A stretch of 63,927 nt of DNA, the filler included, from Thermoplasmatota archaeon (GTDB lineage: Archaea; Thermoplasmatota; E2; JACPAO01; JAHFTW01), in NCBI GenBank assembly GCA_041623215.1. It is 6 parts of 6 records of this genome, joined end to end, with 100 filler letters (N's around TTAATTAATTAA, not from the genome) between each part and the next. Parts side by side here need not be neighbours in the genome. Positions count along the whole stretch, not along the records: positions 1 to 10,921 come from JBFJXH010000057.1; 5 more parts are not named here. One strand, written 5' to 3'. The notes below the pieces were generated by a model. That model saw only the letters and a program-made list of their open reading frames with translations, did no database searches and was not told where the DNA came from. This document shows, piece after piece, positions 1 to 7,663 of the stretch (its first letter is position 1; the number at the start of each line of letters is the position of its first letter). The position numbers and the translations under genes are program-made.

Positions 1-629
1 CAGGTGAGCGTGATGCGGTCGAGCTTCCCGTTATCATCCGTGTCCGCCGTCTGGGCGGCTGTCAGGACCGGTTCTTGGATGTCCGCGACCGTTAGGCTGA
101 ACGAATCTGTGCTAGTCCCAGGGTTGCCTGCCGGCGAAGTGTCAATCTCGGTGGCCGTTACGGCGAAGGAAACGGAACCTTGGGCGTCATCAGCGGCATC
201 CACGCGGAAGGTAATGGAAACCGCCTCGCCAGCGTCCAAGGAGGTGCCGGTCCAGGTAACCTTGTTGCCCGATTTGGTGACTGAGCCTTGGTCTGCACTG
301 TGGCCGCTGGCCGAAAAGTCGAGCAGGCCGCTTGATTCGGTGATCTCAATTTTTGAAATCTTGTTTTGGTCATTGACGCCGGCAATAACGTTGGGCTCTG
401 GGGGGTTCGTGATGGTCACGATAACCTGCTTGGCGGCGACGCCACTGTCCAACGTGGTGGGCGTCGGCCCGGAGGAAACGAGGTCATTCGCGCCATGTGC
501 CGCAGAGGCGGCAGGGGCCCCGGCCATGAGGACGGCAAATTGGGCCAGCAGGAGCATGGCGACGACGCCAGTGCGGGCGAGACGATTCCCCAATTTGGGA
601 GTGCGCGACGGAGGCATGATGGACTTCAT
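1..629 (-). CDS. Secreted/surface protein with Ig-like (DUF11-like) domain, 3'-truncated at window edge
   Basis: Not in the ORF track. Manual translation from ATG 629 (AGGTG just upstream) gives MKSIMPP...GVVAMLLLAQFAVLMAGAPAASA (signal peptide), ...NKVTWTGTSLDAGEAVSITFRV... and PVLTAAQTADTDDNGKLDRITLT, open to position 1. Confidence 0.75.
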   Translation of the reverse strand, partial: MKSIMPPSRTPKLGNRLARTGVVAMLLLAQFAVLMAGAPAASAAHGANDLVSSGPTPTTLDSGVAAKQVIVTITNPPEPNVIAGVNDQNKISKIEITESSGLLDFSASGHSADQGSVTKSGNKVTWTGTSLDAGEAVSITFRVDAADDAQGSVSFAVTATEIDTSPAGNPGTSTDSFSLTVADIQEPVLTAAQTADTDDNGKLDRITLT

Positions 630-718
630 TGTGGACACCTGTAAGCGGTCCGCAGAGGGGGGGCATCCCATCCTGGCTGCGGCTCGGTTATTGACTACTG
701 TGACGACTTCTTGCACGG

Positions 719-724
719 TATAAA
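719..724 (-). promoter_or_regulatory. TATA box candidate (TTTATA) for the surface-protein gene
   Basis: TTTATA on the minus strand, about 90 nt before ATG 629, with an SD-like AGGTG in the leader. Confidence 0.45.
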
Positions 725-866
725 GCCGTTGACGATTACCCCAGGAGGGGGCAACGCGTGTTCTAGGGGGCCCAAACGGCCGTTTTTCCCATGGTCCCTG
801 CGGCGTCTGGCGACGATGGCGGTGGCGTCGGTGGCGGTTTTCAAGGGCCCCGGTGTGGCGCGCCGC

Positions 867-1718
867 GTGGCAGTACATCGCATTGGCGTCGTTGGCGCAG
901 GTCAGATGGGGGCGGGGATTGCACAAGTGGCGGCCGTGGCCGGTTACGATGTCGTTCTCGTCGATATCGAGGAGGCGTTCGTGGCGCGGGGGGTCGCCGG
1001 TATTGAAGCGAGTTTGGGGAAATTCGTCGAAAAAGGCAAGCTGGACCAGCCTGCCGCCGATGCGGCGCGTGGCCGCATTGCGACCGCAACCCAGAATGCA
1101 GCCCTAGGGGGTTGCGACCTGGTTATTGAGGCCATCATCGAGGATGTGGACATCAAGACCGCTTTCTGGAAGGAAGTCGATGCCGTTTGCGGACCGGAGA
1201 CGATTTTTGCCAGCAACACGAGCAGCATTCCCATTACGCAGTTGGCGGCGGCGACCAGCAGGCCGGATCGCTTCATTGGGATGCATTTCATGAACCCGGT
1301 GCCGCTGATGAAATTGATTGAAATTATCAATGGTGCCGATACGTCGGAGGCGACGACGACCGCCGTTGTTGGCGTGGGCAAAGCCATGGGCAAAGAGTGT
1401 CATGCCTGCAACGATTTTCCTGGCTTCATCAGCAATCGTGTGCTGATGCCAATGCTCAACGAGGCGATCTTTTGCTTGCATGAAGGCGTCGCTGCTCCCG
1501 AGGACATTGATGCCATCATGAAGCTGGGCATGAATCACCCCATGGGGCCGTTGGCGCTGGCGGACTTTATCGGTCTCGACACCTGCTTGGCCATCTTGCA
1601 TGTCCTGTACGACGGCTTCAAGGATTCCAAGTACCGCCCCTGCCCGTTGCTCGTGCAGAAGGTTCAGGCAGGTCACTTGGGGCGCAAGTCAGGCCGTGGA
1701 TTCTACGACTACGCCTAG
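867..1718 (+). CDS. hbd: 3-hydroxybutyryl-CoA / 3-hydroxyacyl-CoA dehydrogenase
   Basis: GVVGAGQMG Rossmann motif, [31 protein letters not shown]. Start moved to GTG 867 (TTTTCAAG box at 838-845). Confidence 0.95.
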   Translation: MAVHRIGVVGAGQMGAGIAQVAAVAGYDVVLVDIEEAFVARGVAGIEASLGKFVEKGKLDQPAADAARGRIATATQNAALGGCDLVIEAIIEDVDIKTAFWKEVDAVCGPETIFASNTSSIPITQLAAATSRPDRFIGMHFMNPVPLMKLIEIINGADTSEATTTAVVGVGKAMGKECHACNDFPGFISNRVLMPMLNEAIFCLHEGVAAPEDIDAIMKLGMNHPMGPLALADFIGLDTCLAILHVLYDGFKDSKYRPCPLLVQKVQAGHLGRKSGRGFYDYA

Positions 1719-1772
1719 TGTCGGGAAACGATTGGGCACAGCTAGGCGCTCCCTGTTGGCCCTCTGCGGCCT

Positions 1773-2912
1773 TCAGGTGTAGGCGGCGGCTTGCTGAATT
1801 TCCCTTAGTGGTGGCAACGGGAAGTAGGCCACGGTGCGGCCTTGGCGAACGCCGTCCACGAGGCCCGCTTCCTGCAGGCGCCGCAGGTGCCAGTGCGCGA
1901 CGCTCGCGTCCAATCCAAGGGCATCGCAGAGCTCCTTCTGGATGACGCCGGGGGTCTTGGCGACGCAATGGGCCAGAGCGTGGCTGCGGTCGTTTTGCAG
2001 CACCGCATACGCTTCCTTCTGGTGGTTAGCGTAGCGGCCGCCGTTTTGGAAGAAATGGCGGCTACGACCGTGCCGTTCGCTGACAATGATATGCTGCTTC
2101 TCCAGAAGACGCAAGTGGTGCGTCGCGGCTGTTCGCGACAGGCCGGTGGCTTCGCAAAGTTCTGGCAAGCAAATACCAGGTGTGGATGCAACTAATTCGT
2201 ACAGTTCACGGCGACGGTCATGTGCCAGCACGGTTTCGTGATTGAATCGGGTGAACAGGGGGGCGGCTAGGCCCGGTATGCGACGCAGGTCGCCTGCACG
2301 GGTGGCGGCGTGGCCTGCGCCGGAGGCGGCCGATGTCGAACTGAGTGTTGCACCGGCGCCAACAACGCCCGACTTGATGAGCCATGCAACGGCCAGCCCG
2401 GAGGCGGCCACCATGGCGGTGCCCACGATGAGGTGCGTGGGGCCTTCCTCGACGACGGCCTGTCCTTGGGTTTCTACTGGCTCGGGCCCGGATTCAGGTT
2501 CCTCGTCGGGGACCAGCATGGTGGCCTCCATTTGCACTTCTTCCACGTGCTTCCAGGCGGTCTGGCGTGCCTCTGCGGCCGCCCGCATCAGGGACGAGGA
2601 CTGGTCGTGCAAGGCCTGCTCGACCGCTGCTTGCGCATCGGCCACTTGCTGTTGTGCCTGTTGGCTGGCGGCGTCTGCCGCCGCGTGGATGCTGTCGGCC
2701 TGGTCATCCACCTCCATGGTTGTGGATGAGCCGGTGTCCGTTAACTCGTCAAGCGTACTGGTGACGAGGCCGTACGTGGTGCCTAGCGCGTCGCGAACCG
2801 GCACATCCGGCCCGGACAGGTCCGGCAAGCCGGTGGGTGCCTGCGCGGTGGCCGCCGGCGTGGCAGCCAGGATGGCCAAGAGCAGGAGGGCGGCGGTCGC
2901 AGTCCGAATCAT
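1773..2912 (-). CDS. Membrane-anchored winged-helix transcriptional regulator (signal peptide, extracellular region, TM, tandem wHTH)
   Basis: N-terminal signal peptide, TM LIVGTAMVAASGLAVAWLI, then two wHTH repeats (RRELYELVASTPGI...HHLRLLEK and TPGVIQKELC...HWHLRRLQEAGLV). Confidence 0.8.
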   Translation of the reverse strand: MIRTATAALLLLAILAATPAATAQAPTGLPDLSGPDVPVRDALGTTYGLVTSTLDELTDTGSSTTMEVDDQADSIHAAADAASQQAQQQVADAQAAVEQALHDQSSSLMRAAAEARQTAWKHVEEVQMEATMLVPDEEPESGPEPVETQGQAVVEEGPTHLIVGTAMVAASGLAVAWLIKSGVVGAGATLSSTSAASGAGHAATRAGDLRRIPGLAAPLFTRFNHETVLAHDRRRELYELVASTPGICLPELCEATGLSRTAATHHLRLLEKQHIIVSERHGRSRHFFQNGGRYANHQKEAYAVLQNDRSHALAHCVAKTPGVIQKELCDALGLDASVAHWHLRRLQEAGLVDGVRQGRTVAYFPLPPLREIQQAAAYT

Positions 2913-2966
2913 ATCCTTTCAGCGGCTTTGTGGGTCTTAAAGGTTGTAGGCGCAGTGTCCAATTGT

Positions 2967-3962
2967 TTAGGAGTCAAGGACCTCGTCGACTTTCGACAAT
3001 AGCCCGTCTGTGCCGGGCAAATCTTGCACGGTATCCAGGGTGCCATCCGCGTAGGTGGCCTCCGTTGGGCTGCTGCCGTTGAACAGCGAACCCCACGCGT
3101 CCGTGATGGCCGATGCGGCATCGGCAAAGGCTTCGCCGACGGCGAAGAAGCCGCTGCCAATCGCGGTTGCTACGGTGCCAGCGCCTTCAGCCACGGTCTT
3201 GAATCCAGCACCGATGGCGTCACCGGTTGCCGTAGCGCCCGTGGCAATGCTGGTGCCGGTTGCGTGCGTGGCCTGCAAGGGAATATCAGCCAAAGCCACG
3301 ACGCCGTCGCCAAGCGATGTCAGGCCGGTGCCGGTTGCGCGGACGCCTAGTCCAACGCCGTCCACGAGGCCCTGCGCTGTTCCCACGACGACGCCTTGCA
3401 GGGCACCGACCAGCTTGGCGGCGGTCCCGGCCATCGCCCTGGCAAAGGAAACCGCGGCCGCGCCCAAGCGCTCAAGGACGGATGGTGCCGATGTGGGGTC
3501 ATCCAGGAGTTGATTGACGCTCCCGCTCACTTCGGCTGCCAGTTCGTCCGTGGCTTGGGCGGTTTCTTCGGCGGCCGTGGTCACGGGCTCCTCTACCGGC
3601 TGCACGGCGCCGTCGGCGGGCGGTTCGTCCGCGTTGTCGGATTGGTTTGCGGGCGAGGCCTCGACGGGGGCCTGATAGTAATTGGCGCAGGCACCAGTTG
3701 GCTCACCTTCTAGGTACTCGTCGGCGGTCCAGCAGGCTAACCAGGCGGCGTGGTTGACCTCCGACTTGGCGTCCATCCCCGTGGCATAACCTGCGGGGTC
3801 GGCGGTAGCCTCGGTTGTCTGGTTAAGCGCGTAGTCGCCGCCGTACAGGAGAGGATCCTCGTAACCGGGCGCGGGCCCCGATTGCGCCGCGGCGCCGGGG
3901 GTTGCGAGCAGGATGAGGGCAAGGGCTAGCAAGCAAACGAAGGGGGTGTGGATGCGAGACAT
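2967..3962 (-). CDS. Secreted Ala/Thr/Gly-rich hypothetical protein
   Basis: Signal peptide ending PGAAA, one Cys pair, long amphipathic low-complexity C-terminal half; co-oriented upstream of the wHTH gene. Confidence 0.7.
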   Translation of the reverse strand: MSRIHTPFVCLLALALILLATPGAAAQSGPAPGYEDPLLYGGDYALNQTTEATADPAGYATGMDAKSEVNHAAWLACWTADEYLEGEPTGACANYYQAPVEASPANQSDNADEPPADGAVQPVEEPVTTAAEETAQATDELAAEVSGSVNQLLDDPTSAPSVLERLGAAAVSFARAMAGTAAKLVGALQGVVVGTAQGLVDGVGLGVRATGTGLTSLGDGVVALADIPLQATHATGTSIATGATATGDAIGAGFKTVAEGAGTVATAIGSGFFAVGEAFADAASAITDAWGSLFNGSSPTEATYADGTLDTVQDLPGTDGLLSKVDEVLDS

Positions 3963-4084
3963 CGAAGGGAAACGCGGCTGGCCCGGTACTAAAGCAGCGC
4001 GGGTGAGCGGTTTGATTCACGGCGCGATTTGTGCACGGGGTTCCGCCGCGCGCCTTATCAAAGCCGCCTGGGTGGGCGGCGCCC

Positions 4085-5152
4085 ATGGCCCACAAAGTGG
4101 TGCACGTTGTTGGCACCGGCACCATCGGAGAACCCCTAATTGCCCTCTTTGCCGACAAGAAGGACCAATTGGGAATCGATGAAGTGACGTTCAACAAGAA
4201 CACGCCACAATTCACCGACCGTTCCAAGATTAAGGACCTCATCAAGAAAGGAGCCAAGCTTGCTTGCGGGGATGAAAAGCGCGCCGACTTTGAGGCCCTC
4301 GAAATGCCGGTCACCTATGAAACGGAGGAGGCCATTGAGCGCGCCACCGTGGTCATCGATTGTACGCCCAGCGGCATTGGTGTTGCGAACAAGGCCGCAT
4401 TCTACGAAAAATACGATGCGCCGGGCCGTGGCTTCATGGCCCAAGGAAGCGAATTCGGCTTCGGCAAGCAATACTGTCGCTGGGTTAACGAAGACGCCAT
4501 CGACCCGGCCGAAGACCGGTTTGTGCAAATTGTCAGTTGCAACACGCACAACATGTCAGCCATCATCAACGCCATTGCACTCCGGCACGGCGAGGACAAC
4601 CTCGTCGAAGGAAACTTCTCCTGCATCCGCCGCGGCAGCGACGTCTACGAGGACAAGAACATCGGCGCGCCGGAAGTGGGCGCCCACAAGGACGGCGACT
4701 TTGGAACTCACCACGCTCGCGACGTTTGGCACCTGTACCAAACCAAGGGCCTAGACCTGAAACTGTTCAGCACGGCCCTCAAGGTGCCAACGCAGTACAT
4801 GCACACACTCTACTTCGACATGCGGCTCAAGAAGGCCACCACGGAGGAAGAAATCGTTGCCCACTTCCACGACCACCCCGGGCTCTCCACCACCTACAAG
4901 AAATCGGCTAACAGTGTGTTTGCCTTCGGCCGCGACCACGGCTACATGGGCCGCATCCTCAACCAAACCGTGCTGGCACACAACACGTTGAAGGTGCTGG
5001 AGGACGGCCACCGGGTTGTCGGCTATTGTTTCACGCCACAGGATGGCAACTCGTTGCTCTCGTCGGTGGCGATGGCGGTACGCTTCATGTATCCCAATGA
5101 CTGGCAGGAGCGCATGGCGCACTTTGACCAGTACCTATTCGACGAAGTGTAA
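4085..5152 (+). CDS. Divergent archaeal type II GAPDH-family NAD(P)-dependent oxidoreductase
   Basis: HVVGTGTIG, VIDCTPSGIG, QGSE and catalytic VSCNTHN resemble archaeal GAPDH (DCTP.GIG, QGGEK, VSCNTTGL). ATG 4085 follows TTATCAAA. Confidence 0.7.
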   Translation: MAHKVVHVVGTGTIGEPLIALFADKKDQLGIDEVTFNKNTPQFTDRSKIKDLIKKGAKLACGDEKRADFEALEMPVTYETEEAIERATVVIDCTPSGIGVANKAAFYEKYDAPGRGFMAQGSEFGFGKQYCRWVNEDAIDPAEDRFVQIVSCNTHNMSAIINAIALRHGEDNLVEGNFSCIRRGSDVYEDKNIGAPEVGAHKDGDFGTHHARDVWHLYQTKGLDLKLFSTALKVPTQYMHTLYFDMRLKKATTEEEIVAHFHDHPGLSTTYKKSANSVFAFGRDHGYMGRILNQTVLAHNTLKVLEDGHRVVGYCFTPQDGNSLLSSVAMAVRFMYPNDWQERMAHFDQYLFDEV

Positions 5153-5178
5153 GGGCTCCATCCGCACCGCTGCTGTGG

Positions 5179-5685
5179 TCACAACAGCGTGCCCGTGCTC
5201 TGCGTGATGATGGCCACTGCCAAGACAGCGACAAGCGCGCCCAAGGCGAGCGCGGGCCACGCCTTGTGGCGCGGCAGACCAAACACATAGGCTGCCACCG
5301 TTGCGGTCCACAAGCCCGAGCCTGGCAACGGAACGGCTACCAGGAGAATCAAGGCCGCTTCCTCGTAGCGGTCGATGCGCGTTGAATGGCGGTTATGAAC
5401 ACGAGCCCACAGCCATGTCAAGCCACGGTCCAACCGCTGGCTTCGCCGCAAGCCGCGTTCGATGTGAGGCAACAGGACCCAAAGGATTGGCAAGACCAGT
5501 AGGTTGCCCAGCAGGCTGAGTGCGACAACCCACCAAATTGGCATGTTGAACACCAGGGCCCCCACGGGGATGCTCCCTCGCACTTCCAGCACGGGAAAGC
5601 CTGCCAGCACGAAGACGAGCAGCCAGTCGGGCAGGAAATCAATGGCGTCAGCGACGGCTAGCACCAGGTCGTGCGTCCAGCCCAT
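5179..5685 (-). CDS. Putative small multidrug export protein (COG2426-like)
   Basis: PVLEVRGSIPVG and VAVPLPGSGLWTA motifs; hydrophobic 168 aa. Confidence 0.8.
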   Translation of the reverse strand: MGWTHDLVLAVADAIDFLPDWLLVFVLAGFPVLEVRGSIPVGALVFNMPIWWVVALSLLGNLLVLPILWVLLPHIERGLRRSQRLDRGLTWLWARVHNRHSTRIDRYEEAALILLVAVPLPGSGLWTATVAAYVFGLPRHKAWPALALGALVAVLAVAIITQSTGTLL

Positions 5686-5688
5686 GCG

Positions 5689-7029
5689 TCACCGCGGCGG
5701 GGCGCTGGCGTCCTGGTCGGGGACGTCAATGAGGCTGCGGCCGTTGCCTGGTTTGGCCACTAGTTCGCGGTCCGCTACGACCGCTTGACCCCGCAGGTAG
5801 GTGTGTTCCGGCAGCACGGCGGGGTGGTCTTCGTAGGGGGTCCATTTGCACTTGCTGTGCAGGTTGGCTGCGGTCACCGGTTCCACAGCGTTTAGGTCAA
5901 CGACTGTGAAGTTGGCCTGATGCCCCGGTTCCAGGTGGCCCCTGTCACCGAGTCCAAGGAGTTTCGCAGGTGCTGCGCAAAGCGAATCCACGACCGTTTG
6001 TAGGGGCACGTCGTCTGCCGCCGCCTTGGCGAGCATCAACGGCAGCATGGTTTCTACGCCGGGCACGCCGGCCGGAGCGGTATGGAAATCCTCGCTCTTT
6101 TCGGCGGCCGTGTGGGGGGCGTGGTCCGACTCGACAATGGGAATGTCGCCCCGCGTGTACGCGTCCCACAGCGCCTGGCGAGCGTGAGCGGAGCGCAGGG
6201 GCGGATTCATTTTTCCCAGGCTCGGTGGCTCAATCTTGAGCGCAGTGTCGAGCAGAATATGGTGGGGACAAACGCCGATGCTGAAGCCTGCCTGTTTGGC
6301 TGCTGCTGCTGCATCGGCACTCGCGCAATGAGCCACGTGGACGGTTGGCTTGGTCTTGACCTTGGCCAGCGCCTTCATGACATCGTAGATGGATTCCACT
6401 TCAGCCATGGGCGGGCGGGCCGAGTCGTGGTCCTCGAGCCGGTGCTCGGTCATCCGGTGCCGGTCGAGCACGCGCTGAGCCTCACAATGGAGAATGATGG
6501 GCTTGCCGGCCTTGCCCGTGATGCCTAGAATCTCAGGAAATGGCCCGGCGTCGTCCAACAGGAGGTCGCCCGTAGTGGCCCCTAGGTAGGTCTTGACGCC
6601 GACCGCCCAAGGAAGCATGTCGGCAAGGCCGCCGGTGTACCAGATGCCGCCGGCCCAGAAACCGTAGTCAATGACCGCTTTGGCTGCCGCTTCCCGGTGC
6701 TTGTTCTGAATTGCCGCGAGGCTGGTCGTGGGCGGTGCGGTGTTGGGCATGTCCACGAAGCCAGTTACGCCGCCGAACGCCGCCGAAACACTTCCTGATT
6801 GAAGGTCTTCTTTGTGGGTTTGGCCCGGGTCGCGGAAGTGGACGTGAATGTCGATGGCGCCCGGTAGGATGGCGCGGTCGCCGAAATCGATATGGTCGTC
6901 GGCCGTCGCGGTCCGGGCAACTTTGACGATGCGGCCGTCAGCATCAACATGCAAGATTCCTGGGGTGAGGCGGCCATTGCGGTAGATTTGGCCGGCAAAA
7001 CTCCGCACTGCTGGAGCCGCCGTTGCCAC
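5689..7029 (-). CDS. pyrC: Dihydroorotase (amidohydrolase family)
   Basis: PGAIDIHVHFRDPG, DMPNT, KMNPPLR, SDHAPHT, GVPGVE. Confidence 0.88.
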   Translation of the reverse strand: MATAAPAVRSFAGQIYRNGRLTPGILHVDADGRIVKVARTATADDHIDFGDRAILPGAIDIHVHFRDPGQTHKEDLQSGSVSAAFGGVTGFVDMPNTAPPTTSLAAIQNKHREAAAKAVIDYGFWAGGIWYTGGLADMLPWAVGVKTYLGATTGDLLLDDAGPFPEILGITGKAGKPIILHCEAQRVLDRHRMTEHRLEDHDSARPPMAEVESIYDVMKALAKVKTKPTVHVAHCASADAAAAAKQAGFSIGVCPHHILLDTALKIEPPSLGKMNPPLRSAHARQALWDAYTRGDIPIVESDHAPHTAAEKSEDFHTAPAGVPGVETMLPLMLAKAAADDVPLQTVVDSLCAAPAKLLGLGDRGHLEPGHQANFTVVDLNAVEPVTAANLHSKCKWTPYEDHPAVLPEHTYLRGQAVVADRELVAKPGNGRSLIDVPDQDASAPPR

Positions 7030-7596
7030 CTAAATCACGCCCCAAACGCCCAGTTCCCCCGCCTCCACAAGGTCGGTTACGGAGCGATCCAATTCCCGGT
7101 ACCAGCGAGCGGCCCACCAGTGGTAGCCTAAGATGAATCCCACCAGGGCACCGTTGGCTGCAATCACGGGGAAGTCGAAGGCGTTGGTGATGGGGTCGCG
7201 AAAAGCGAGTACGAAGAGTGCCAGTTCGGCGACCCAAAGAATGGTTAGGCCGGCTGCGTAGAGAAACGGACGATTTGCAGTTGAGCGCCCGGTGACCTTC
7301 TGATGAATCTCCGGCACCGACGCGCAACTGACCGCGTAGCGCATCCAGCGGTTCCAGTTGTTCATGAGACTAGTTTGGTAGCGCTTGGCGTGAACGTGCT
7401 TGGACCATTGGCGGCCAATGAACGTGCTCACTAGGGCTGCCACGCCATGGACCGCGAGCGCCCACCACCCCGCCATAAACCAAGCGGGCACGAAGAGGAC
7501 CAGCGCCACGGCCAGCGTGACCCAGGTGCGTTGTTGGCCGGTTCGGTGGTCGCCCTGGATGATGTGCAGCAGATTGCTTGCGACACCTTTGGGCAC
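7030..7596 (-). CDS. Hypothetical membrane protein (about 4 TM)
   Basis: Hydrophobic segments; abuts the pyrC start. GTG 7596 chosen from the TTAAG box at about 7620-7625. Confidence 0.7.
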   Translation of the reverse strand: MPKGVASNLLHIIQGDHRTGQQRTWVTLAVALVLFVPAWFMAGWWALAVHGVAALVSTFIGRQWSKHVHAKRYQTSLMNNWNRWMRYAVSCASVPEIHQKVTGRSTANRPFLYAAGLTILWVAELALFVLAFRDPITNAFDFPVIAANGALVGFILGYHWWAARWYRELDRSVTDLVEAGELGVWGVI

Positions 7597-7663
7597 AAGA
7601 GAGCGAAACGGCCTCCCCACTTAAGGGGCGCCAAATCGCCGCGCGCAGGATGGCCGATTTGGC

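Noticed and set aside
4..723. 239-aa plus-strand ORF and the many other long overlapping ORFs in the track
   Set aside because: Antisense or alternate-frame shadows expected in GC-rich DNA; the opposite frame carries the recognisable protein in each case.
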